Assembly: GCA_025201805.1 (NCBI GenBank)
Contig: MU619251.1
Span: 124,001-187,766 of the forward strand
Length of the DNA: 63,766 nucleotides
Source of the DNA: Parasitella parasitica NRRL 2501
Taxonomy: Eukaryota > Fungi > Mucoromycota
Direction of reading: 5' to 3'
This document shows, piece by piece, positions 12,908-23,801 of this stretch. The notes beneath the pieces were generated by a model, which ran no database searches, was not told the DNA's origin, and saw only the letters and a list, made by a program, of their open reading frames with translations. Every line of letters starts with the position of its first letter. Position 1 is the stretch's first letter. Made by a program: the position numbers and the translations under genes.

Positions 12908-14225
12908 CTAAAAGAAAAGATATGCGAACAAGAAAGCTAAGACAGCAACACCTAACACAACTTGGGGGGGATATCCCTCGGTGGGACGAGGTTCCTCTAA
13001 GGCAGCCAAATGCTGATGAACAGCATCCAAGGGTTGAACCGTAGGCGCTAGTTTTCTGGAGCTGGTTCCTGTTTGATTACGGGCTCGCAGACCCTCCTCC
13101 TTCCTTATGTCGTTCAACTGCTTCTCAAGATAAGCGATTCTTTCTAAAGCCTCTTTCAATTCTTTATCCTTGCTGCTGTTATCAACTCGACTAGCAGAAG
13201 CAGGAGCAGCTGATGAGGTTGTTAAGGACGATGGGGCGTTTGCTGTTGCAGGTGCAATTGGCTCGGTAATTGCAGCTGTGCTCAATGAAACAGGAACAGG
13301 AGCTGAAGTTTCAGTAGCAGTGTTGCTGACGGAAGGAGTAGCGGAGGAAATGGGTGTTGGTACATGGTCTGAAATCTCTCTTGAAGCGGCAGTAGCGGCG
13401 CCAGCAGCTAGAGCAGCAGCAATAGGAGCAGGAGCATTCGTTTTATTAAGGAGTTCCTCTTTCTGATGACTAGGAACAGCAGGAGGCTGCTGAGAAGGTT
13501 CAGATTGAGCAGCGGATGATGCAATTCCATCGGTAGTTGTAACCGGTTCGGGAATAGAAGGCTTGATTGCAAAAATTAATACATGATAAATGATACATTA
13601 AGCACCCTTAAATATTTAAATACCTGTGTTTCATTCAATTCACTGGCATCTTCTTTATGATTAACAAAAGCACATTTGAGTTTGTGCTGTTGCATGCTTT
13701 CCTTCTTATTTACTTCAATATAGCTCCACTATTACAGGTTTGATGTGAGCATCAATTTGGGATAAAGTAAATTACTGCTTAAAACCTACCAAAGTTGCAA
13801 GATCAGCTTGCTCGTATTCCGGGTCGACCAAAGCCGTTTGTACCAGAAACTTGTCTTTGCACTTGAAATCCTCTGGAAGATCCTCCTTGAAAGGCTGTAA
13901 AATAACTGCGAGAAATCCGTTAATTTTCCTTGGTCTTTTTCTTTTTCCTTTTTTTTTTTTACGATCCTTACTTTGCACTTCAATTTCAGAATTGGGTTCA
14001 ATACGCCCAGAGTTGGGTCTGACACAGTATTGCTTTGGGGCAGTGGTCTTTACTTTGAAAATAACTGGCTCTGACCCAGAGTTCTTTACACGAATCACTT
14101 CTTTAACCACGCGTGTAAAAGGGCCTACAAACTCCTTTGTAAGAATACATCTCCCCTCCCGCTTCTCTGCTATATCCCTTACCGTGAAACTCCAATTGTT
14201 CTGCTGGTTCGATATTAACTGACAT
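12908..14225 (-). CDS. SCS2: VAMP-associated protein (VAP/Scs2): MSP domain, coiled coil, C-terminal TM; multi-exon
   Basis: ATG at 14225 (MSVNIEPAEQLEF|GPFTRVVKE). FKVKTTAPKQYCVRPNSG signature, CKDKFLVQ, and hydrophobic tail VVLGVAVLAFLFAYLFF. Confidence 0.92.
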
Positions 14226-15572
14226 ATCCTCGGTAAAAGATTTTTTTTTCTCGTAAAGAAAAGAAAAAGAAGAAGAAAAAGAAGAGAATAAGAATATGTA
14301 ATGATATATAGTAATGAATCACATGTTGCTACAAACTAAAGAGAGCCAAAACGTTTTTATTAAAATGCCGCGCTGGTTTGTCATCAAATGTCCATGAAAT
14401 CTCGAATTGATAGAAGCAACTATCACTTCTACTGCTAGATGATTGAGGTTACTATAGAGACAAAAGGTCAAGCAGAGTTTGCAAGCAACACAATGTTGCA
14501 GATGAAGAGCATACACATACTGAAAGGTAATGTAATTGCTCGATCAGTATAATACACAGTTGTAGTGAACATATGTCTATACGGAGGCTTGAGATATGAA
14601 GCCCCACGTTTCAATTTTACGTGTGATATTGTGCATTCGTTTATCATCAGATTCATGTAAAGTTTAAGTAATATATAATAAAATATTAATAATTTTAATG
14701 CTTATACAAAAAGGTCAATCCCTTGTGTAGTATATGCTGAGCTTCTTCGTTACTTACCTCGTTAAAAGGAAACACCTTTGTGCTGAACTCTATTCAAAAC
14801 CATTCTTCGTTTTTGTAGAGTATCGATACGCATGAAGCTTTACATTGCCATGCTGTGTGTCAATTTCGTTTTACGAAAAAGTCAAACAAGCATCACTCTG
14901 AACAGCAGCGAGCTTTGGCTGTCTTTATACTACTAATTTTTCGTAAGAAAATATGTAGCATGTATTTCATACGATTCTTATTTTGTATATCTAGGTTGCA
15001 GGTGCATTCTTTGTAAGATTTGTCTGTAGATAATCCTTCAAGTGTTGCCAGCACATGGGGCGGAGTATATTTATGCTGCTATACCAAGTCATGATATGCG
15101 GATCCAGGAACAACATCTCAGTAAAGTAATTGGAAAAGGCTCTCTCCAGCCTCATCTTATTTAACTACAAGTGCATTCGTTTGATTCAAGGCTGAGAAAA
15201 GAAGCAATGTGCTAACGTACATATACTCAAGAGGAAATTACTTAGTTGGGATCGTGTAGAGAAGTTTGCATTCTGTTTCAATGGCAAGAAAAAGGGCATC
15301 ACCTTGCTGCTGTTGCGCGAGGGAAATTAAACTGACGAAAAAAAGGAACCGCTCCTCTTCCTCCCTTTGTTACCTTCCAAAAACCTTCAACACCCCTTTT
15401 GTATTACAATAAAAGAAGTTGCTAAAAAAAAAAAAAGTTCCTCTCCTCCTCCTCGTCCTCCTCATTGCACCCCCTTTTTAAATAGACCATAATTGCTTCT
15501 GCACATTTTCTTCTTTTTTCTTCTTGATTTTTTTTTTTTATTCTTCAAGTTAAACATCAATCAAATTACGCA

Positions 15573-17135
15573 ATGAGAGAGATTATTAGTGTTCACGTTG
15601 GCCAGGTAAAGAAAACCACTATTGCATCAATGGGATGCTTGATTCCATGACGAGGATAGTAATCTAATGTTGATGAATAGGCTGGTATTCAAATCGGTAA
15701 TGCTTGTTGGGAGCTTGTAAGTATATGAAATTGACAAGCAAGGCATTTGACTAAACATATCAAAAACAAAAAACAAAAAAGTACTGTTTGGAACACGGAA
15801 TCCAACCTGATGGTCTTATTCCTGAAGAGCAAGAAATCACAAACCACTCCTTCTCCACTTTCTTTAGCGAAACTGGCAACGGAAAGCATGTCCCTCGTAC
15901 AGTCTTTGTCGATTTAGAACCAACCGTAGTTGACGAGGTGCGCACTGGTGCTTACAGACAGCTCTTCCATCCTGGTACGTATACGCTGGAGCTGGTTGCT
16001 TTTTTTTACGCGTTGAGCTGTATAATTTACCTTTTTTTTTTCAGAGCAATTAATCACTGGCAAGGAAGATGCCGCCAACAACTATGCTCGTGGTCATTAC
16101 ACCGTTGGCAAAGAGCTGGTCGACTCTGTTCTGGACCGCATTCGTAAGTTGGCTGATAACTGTACCGGTCTACAAGGCTTCTTGGTCTTCCACTCATTTG
16201 GCGGTGGTACTGGTTCCGGATTTGGTGCTCTCTTAATGGAGCGCCTTTCGGTCGACTATGGCAAGAAATCCAAGCTTGAGTTCTCTGTATACCCCGCTCC
16301 TCAAGTCTCTACGGCCGTCGTCGAACCTTACAACTCGATCCTGACCACACACACTACCTTGGAGCACTCTGATTGTTCATTCATGGTTGACAACGAGGCC
16401 ATTTACGATATCTGTCGCCGTAACTTGGACATTGAGCGCCCCACCTACCATAACTTGAATCGCTTGATCGCTCAAGTCGTCTCGTCCATCACTGCATCGT
16501 TGCGTTTTGACGGCTCTCTCAACGTGGATATGAACGAGTTCCAAACCAACTTGGTCCCCTACCCTCGCATCCATTTCCCTCTGGTCACTTATGCCCCTAT
16601 TATCTCCAAGAGCAAAGCTTCCCATGAGCAACTCTCTGCCGCCGAGATTACATATTCCTGCTTTGAACCCAACAATCAAATGGTAAAGTGTGATCCCCGC
16701 AAAGGTAAATACATGGCCTGCTGTTTGCTGTATCGTGGCGATGTTGTTCCCAAGGATACCAATGCTGCCATTGCTGGCATCAAGACCAAGCGTACTATTC
16801 AATTCGTTGATTGGTGCCCTACTGGTTTCAAGGTGGGTATTAATAACCGAGCCCCTGCTGTAGTCCCTGGTGGAGATTTGGCCAATGTTCAGCGTGCTGT
16901 ATGTATGTTATCCAACACTACAGCTATCGCTGAAGCTTGGGCTCGTCTTGACCACAAGTTTGATTTGATGTATGCCAAGCGTGCGTTTGTTCATTGGTAT
17001 GTTGGTGAAGGTATGGAGGAAGGCGAATTCTCTGAGGCCCGTGAAGATTTGGCTGCACTCGAGAAGGATTACGAGGAAGTTGGATCCGACTCGTTGGGCG
17101 ACTCTGAAATTGAAGAAGAAGAGATTGAATACTAA
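15573..17135 (+). CDS. TUB1: alpha-tubulin; introns 15606-15680, 15717-15781 and about 15974-16044
   Basis: [11 protein letters not shown]|[12 protein letters not shown]|YCLEHG, GGGTGSG and C-terminal EEEEIEY. Confidence 0.98.
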
Positions 17136-17387
17136 GCATAGCTGTCGTTACTTTATGATGCAAATGTTTCACGTTGATGTTTATCAGTACGGCGTCCAGT
17201 TATTTACCCTTTCCCCCCCCCCCTTTTTTTTTTTTTTCATTCTTTTTCTCTATAATAAACAACTCCGTTAAACAAACACATAACCCTTTTTGTCTCTCTT
17301 CTATACATATACATATACACTCTTTACTGTAAGCATTGCGTCTGATGTATCGCATCATATTCTAACATAGCGTTTTGCCTACAACAG

Positions 17388-18543
17388 ATGTCCGTCCCTG
17401 GTAACAAAAGCTGTTTGCACGCATAACATGCGCATTTTTTAACACGGTTTTTCACAGTTGCATTCAACGATATTGGCAAGCCTGCAAAGGATCTTTTAGG
17501 CAAAGACTACCCAGTTGGCGGTGTCAAGCTCGAGGTCAAGACCATTGCTTCTAATGGCGTTGTAAGTAGCTTGGGCGTGTGTGGATGCTTTGTAGAGACT
17601 AACACACTGCCGCTAGACTTTCAAAGTGAACGGCCATCGCGATAACAAGACTGGCATCATTATCGGCGATCTCGAAACGAAATGGGCTGATAGAAAGAAG
17701 GGCATTTCCGTTACTGAAGTTTGGACTAGCTCGAACCATCTCAACGGCAAGCTTGAACTGGAAAACAACATTGCTAGTAAAGTATACCTGCAGCAGTGTC
17801 CTCTGATCTGTGCTCAACTAACCCAGATTTCTGATAAAAGAGGGCCTCAAGGTGGAAGTTATCACCTCACTTCTCCCCTCCATCAACGAAAAGGGTGCCA
17901 AAATCAATGCTACTTACAAACAACCAAACATTCACACTGTTGCTACCCTGGATGTTGTCAAGGTAATTTATTCGAGTTTTGATCTAATTGGCTGTACATC
18001 TCACAGCTTGGTTTAGAGAAATATGATCCTTAATTCAGTCGTTGGCCGTGATGGCTTCCTTGTTGGTGGCGAAATTGCCTACGGAGCCAAGGAAGCAAAG
18101 GTAAGGTTTAGGTGGATCAACGTGCATGAGAGATATCTGCCGTCTCACTGTATAAACCACTATGTATTTAGATCAGCAGATACCATGGCGCTATCGGATA
18201 CGCTACTCGTGAATATGCCATTGCTGTTCATGCCACCAACAGCATGTCGCAATACACTGCCTCTTACTACCACCGCATTAATCCGGACCTGGAAGCTTCT
18301 GGAAAGGCTGTTTGGAACAACAAGGACTCTATCAATGGTGTTGCTCTTGAAGTTGGTGCTAAGCTTCGTCTTGACGAAACCTGTTTTATCAAAGGCAAGA
18401 TGACCAATGCAGGTGTTGTAGGTGCCTCTTTCACCCAAACTGTCCGCCCTGGCGTAAAGGTCAACATTGGCGCTGCTGTAGATACCAGCCGTTTGAGCGA
18501 AAATGCTCACAAGCTTGGCATTGCCTTGACCTTTGAAAATTAA
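17388..18543 (+). CDS. POR1: mitochondrial porin (VDAC), multi-exon, with a probable 5'UTR intron at 17329-17387
   Basis: Spliced MSVP|VAFNDIGKPAKDLLGKDYP...; C-terminal VRPGVKVNIGAAVD...HKLGIALTFEN. Confidence 0.94.
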
Positions 18544-18593
18544 ACGAATAAAATCACCGCATGCATAAACAGTTACTGTGTAAATCTTTCATA

Positions 18594-18594
<1 letters not shown>

Positions 18595-18677
<83 letters not shown>
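18595..18677 (+). repeat. 83-nt poly(A) tract
   Basis: Direct observation. Confidence 0.95.
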
Positions 18678-18679
<2 letters not shown>

Positions 18680-19164
18680 AAATCCTGCTCAAGATCTTGC
18701 ATAGCGTGGATGAAAAGACGCAGTTCATTTGCACCCTCGTTTGTCGTAAATGGAACAACGTATTGCAGCATTGTTATCTTAAAAAGTTCGCTGTCAGGCA
18801 ACATGCGCTGCTGACTGAACTTGCGCAAGTAAGCAATAAAAGCACTAACCTCAGGAGGTTGGTAGTTTTGAAATAACAGCTACTCCTAACTTGAGATCTC
18901 TTTATTATGTGCAGCAAACAGATCTATTGGCCGTTGGAAAGCAAAGACTTTGAGAGCAAATAAACAGAGGGATGTTAGCAAATGGTAGATTCTTTTCTCA
19001 GATCTTCTAATGCAAAGAATTTGACAAGTCTGAAACTGGCGCATTGCATCAGTAACTCTGTGAAAGTGTATCTACACCCCGAATGTTTTGATGCGTTCTT
19101 CGAACAGTTATCTCTCAGCCACATAGACATTGACATTCCCGAATGCCATGTAATAGTAGTGTGA
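18676..19164 (+). pseudogene. F-box(/LRR-like) gene fragment lacking an in-frame start
   Basis: From 18676 it reads NEILLKILHSVDEKTQFICTLVCRKWNNVLQHCYL (F-box consensus EIL..I......C.LVCR.W). Stop at about 18876; a later LRR-like NLTSLKL lies in ORF 18982-19164. Confidence 0.6.
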
Positions 19165-19840
19165 ATATATATATATATATATATTATAAAAGGGGGGGGG
19201 GAGCTCTCTGATGACAGAAGCGCCATTCATGAACAACATTTAGCTTGGGTTTCATATTTTTATATGCATAGTTAATGATGACATTATCGTATATCTGGAC
19301 ATTACTCACGCGTAGGCAGTAAGGAAAGTGAAAGATATTAACTTTATTAAATATCTGGTGATTTCGATTTACCTTGCACTTTTTTTGGTGTGTGTGTCGT
19401 ACGAGCTGATAAGATACTCTGTGTATTGAGCAATTCAGCTCATGGAAAGCTTAGATAAATAGGCACTATATATCATCATGTGAGCCAACTATAAATTTTC
19501 TGACTGAATGAACAAATCAAATCAAATTTCTGTCGTTTTCACGTATCACATCGGTTAAACTGCAGCATGGGCCTAACCGACATGAAATCACTAGATTTCA
19601 CCGTATACATAACATACCAGTATGTTCATCTACATATCTTGCAGTATTTTGACCAAAGAGTGGTATAAATACCAATCGAATTTCCAACGTTTATTTCATG
19701 TGAAATGAAAATGAGGACAGTACGAAAATTCTAAATTGGCCACGACATTGGCGTTCGTGTGCAAATGGTGAGAATACAACAATTTAGTGCAATATAGACA
19801 TTATCGGTTATCTCATATGCTTATTGATCAATCATGTACT

Positions 19841-19900
19841 AATAAATCCAATAAATCCAATAAATCCAATAAATCCAATAAATCCAATAAATCCAATAAA
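19841..19900. repeat. 9-bp tandem repeat (AATAAATCC) x about 6.5
   Basis: Perfect copies are visible upstream of the MFS gene. Confidence 0.95.
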
Positions 19901-20127
19901 GACCCAAAAAAAAAAAAAAGCGACGATTTATATCCTTAAATCAGACAAAAGTACTTGATAAGTACTTTTAGAACCTTAATTCATTGATAAAAGAGCTGCC
20001 ATTTGGTGTGAATTTGGTTAAACAAGGTTTTTATCTATTGATAACAGAATCTGTGATTGTGCAACACCAAGTTGTATAAATACAAATGCAAGGAGTCGAT
20101 TGCATTTTTCACTATATTGAATCAAAA

Positions 20128-21705
20128 ATGCATGAAAAGAGTTCAAGTTTCGCGTCCAAAGACGAGTTCCAAACTGATGAACAGGTCCCTTTTGCCAAAT
20201 CAGAAGCTGAAAACAAGTTTGTTAGGAAAATGAACATCAGATTCATCCCGTTTGTGTGTTTGATTCTATTTTTGCAGGTATGTGGTAGTGTCAAGTAGAC
20301 TCATTGGCCCTAAACTAATCATTATATATGTTTAGTTTATTGATAAAAGCACTTTATCCATCGTTGCCATTATTCCCGAATTCTTTGCAGACACAGGCAT
20401 CAACAGGGACCAATACGCATGGTGCAACTCCATTTTCTACCTCGGGTACCTCTGTATGCAATTGCCAAACAACTTCATGATGCAAAAGTTTCCTATTTCC
20501 AAGTACATTGGTATCATGCTCTTGCTGTGGGGCGCTGTACTCTTTTGCATGTGCTTTGCGCATAATTTTGGCCAACTCGCTGGCCTCCGCTTCTTGTTGG
20601 GCTTCTTTGAATCAACAACCTACCCGTGTATTTTCTTGCTGATTGCTACCATGTATAGACGATCAGAGCAGGTTGTATGGTTCGGTATCATGTTTGTCAG
20701 CAACAATCTCTCTACTGTTATTGGTAATTCAGCTGCTGTGGGCATATTAAAAATGCCAACTGTAGGCTTCTTTTCTCCATGGAAATGGGCGCTTGTAATC
20801 TATGGAAGCCTTACTATGGCGGCTGGCGTTGTCTACTTTTTCTTTATGCCAGACAGACCAGATTCTCGTTGGTTTAACTTGACTGAAGAAGAAAAGCTGA
20901 TTGTTGAGGATCGTGCAAGGGATAATGCAGTTGTGCCCAACCGCAAAATCAAGATGGATCAGATCATAGAAGCACTCAAGGAGCCACGTCTATACTGTTA
21001 TTGTCTCATCTCGATGTTTGTCAACTTTCAAAATGGCGCATTAACCAGCTTCAATACTCTCATCATCTCTGATCTCGGCTTCTCAAGCACTGAGACTATT
21101 CTCTTGGCCATGCCATATGCAGTTGTCATTGTCATCATGATTTTTATTACTACGTATCTTAGCAAGAGATACTCTGAAGTCATATACGTTGCAATGGGTG
21201 CTTGTGTGATGTCGATTGTTGGATTGACCCTATTGATAGCTATCCCTAGCGGTGGAGTCAAGTTGATGGGTATCTATCTGAGTGGAGGTTGCACCCCTTC
21301 GGTAAGAAAGAAACAATGCTGTGAATGAGCTTAAAACAGGCTGGCTAATGATCGCAATTGTATATTTCATAGTACGTTTTGTTACAAGCATCAATTGCAA
21401 GCAATGTCTCGGGTTATACCAAAAAAATCTTTTATACGGCTGGCAATCTGGTCTTTTACACAATTGGCAACTTTGTCGGTCCTCTCTTATTGCGTGATAA
21501 AGAAGCTCCTCGTTATTTCACTGGCATGGCTGTATACATTGCTGCCAATGTACTGTCCATTATCCTCTTTGCCTATGTTCGTACGGTCTATGTCCAGGCC
21601 AACAAGAGACGCCATTTGGATAAAAACGTCAACATCGCTGCCTTACCTGACGGCCTTGAAGACATCACTGATGTTCAAAACGAGCATTTTGTTTACCGCA
21701 CCTAG
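20128..21705 (+). CDS. MFS transporter, Dal5/allantoate permease (anion:cation symporter) family; introns 20278-20335 and about 21302-21372
   Basis: LQ|FIDKSTL, FYLGYL, LAGLRFLLGFFE, MPDRPDSRWFNLTEEEK, ASNVSGYTKK and DITDVQNEHFVY. Confidence 0.9.
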
Positions 21706-21904
21706 GAAACGCTAATAATGATACCCCTTCTCTTTGTTGTTTCTCATGAGCAGCGGCCTCTATTGTTGTATATAGGATGTAACGGTGATACCAACTACTA
21801 AATAATATGGATGTCAGATGCATTAAATTTGAGATTCTCATGACCCCTTAACTCGACACTTTTTTTTTTCTTTTTCCTTTTTGTTGCTTTGTTCATTAAA
21901 GAAA

Positions 21905-23735
21905 ATGCCTGTATTCACTGAAAGAACGGCTAAAAAGACTATAACCTTATCTTTGATCGTATTTTTCATAGTGCTAGTAAATCTGGTCATGATATACCAC
22001 TATTCACCGAAAAGCGGCCGTCATTTAGAACCACCACCAACACAAAATAATAGATCAAAGTTGCCACCTTATGACCCTCCGTACTACGGATTGAAGCTGG
22101 TTCGACCCAAAGACAAAAAGTATTCCAGTCAAGTTATTGAGGACTTTCTCAGTTCTTTGGAGTCAACCATGAAGGATAAAGATCTCTACACATTACTGCA
22201 AAATTGCTTACCAAACACACTAGACACAACTGTGGAGTGGTTCAGTACTGATAAAAAAGACCCACGCACGTTCTTGATAACAGGAGATAGTATGTATTTT
22301 AATGGTGTGTGTTTGGAGATACTTGCATTATTAACACTGCGAAATACATAGTTCCTGCCATGTGGATACGTGATTCCACAAATCAAATAACCCCGTATCT
22401 AAGGTTTGTAAATCAAGATTCCGAATTAAAAGATCTGGTCTTTGGTGTGATTCAGGTCCAAGCAAGCTACTTGCATTATGATCCCTATGCAAATGCTTTT
22501 CTTAGGCCATGGTATGCTCCCAAAAAAGAGGGACAGAAAAAAGGGTCGACCTCGGATCGTGTCGTACCACCCTATGATCCAGAGATTGTCTGGGAATCCA
22601 AGGTAAATGTATAATGACAACAAAAATGATGTAATTTCATAGGTACTAAATTCCCATATAACAGTATGAATTAGATTCTATTGGTCATTTCTTTCAGTTA
22701 GCAAACGATTATATTGAGGCAACAGGGGATACTGAAAGAGTAGTTACGTCAAAAGATTGGCTGAAAGCAATACCTCGCATATTCCAAGTTTTGAACGATC
22801 AAATGCAAAGCACATGGCCCTCAAAAAAATTGAAATTATTAAAGTCAAACACCACGTTTTCTGCAGGAGATCCTGAACCAGTGCCGTTAGAAGATGGATA
22901 TAGATTTAGAAGATACACAGACAGGCCAACTGAAACTTTGGGTGAATACGGTATTGGTGGCATTACAAAAAAGTGTGGGTTGATCAGAAGTGCTTTCAGA
23001 CCGAGTGATGATTCCACAACATTCCCATATCTGGTAGGCTTCATGTATCAAAATACGTTAACTACTGCTCATGCAACAGTATACTAGATTCCATCAAATG
23101 CGCAGCTTTCGGTGCAGCTCATAAAGCTCAGTGATCACATTCAATCATACCTGGACTCAAAAAGTCTCAAGGAAAAGGAGCACTTTGCTATACAGTCTGA
23201 AATTGGAGTGAGCTCGAAAGAGTTGGGAGCAACAGTGCGAAGAGCAATCTACGAGCATGCCGTGGTATCACATCCAGTGTTTGGCCAAATGTTTGCGTTT
23301 GAAGTGGATTGTTTTGGGTCACATATAATGATGGATGATGCCAATACACCATCGCTACTGAGTCTGCCTGTGCTTGGATTTATTGATAGGAATGATAGCA
23401 TTTATCAAAATACAAGAGATTTCGCACTCTCTGAATGGAATCCTTGGCACTTTAAAAGCAATTTTGCACAGGGGATAGGTGGACCGCACACAGGACAAGA
23501 CATGGTGTGGCCGATGAGTATATTAATGCAGATTCAAACATCTACATCTGAAAAAGAAATTCGATATTTGATTGACGTTTTGAAACGGATAGCTCAAAAG
23601 ACGGGAAGCTTAATGTGCGAATCTTTTAATGTCAATAATCCCAGTCAATTCACTCGACCTTGGTTTAGTTGGGCGAATGGTTTGGCTGGAACTACGATTC
23701 TCAAATTGGTTGAAGAATTTCCTCATTTAGTTTGA
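21905..23735 (+). CDS. glycoside hydrolase family 125 (exo-alpha-1,6-mannosidase-like) with N-terminal type II membrane anchor; 3 introns
   Basis: NCLPNTLDTTV, ITGD|IPAMWIRDS, WESK|YELDS, RSAFRPSDD, MDDANTPSLLSLP, GIGGPH, ESF and FTRPWFSWAN. Confidence 0.93.
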
Positions 23736-23801
23736 TTTTTTCTTTTCTTCCCTCTCTCTCCCTTCCCCCCTCTCTTTTTTTCTCTTGTCACCTTTGCAGC
23801 C

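Noticed and set aside
14300-15300. Possible small spliced gene between SCS2 and TUB1
   Set aside because: Splice-like signals are present, but no coherent or recognisable reading frame could be assembled.
18541-18876. The F-box frame is in frame with the VDAC stop, suggesting a readthrough VDAC-polyK-F-box fusion
   Set aside because: It depends on the exact length of an unreliable homopolymer, has a 1-in-3 chance of occurring anyway, and 27 Lys codons would stall ribosomes.
19841-19900. CRISPR-like or telomeric array
   Set aside because: There are no spacers, it is internal and short, and the context is eukaryotic. It is a simple minisatellite.
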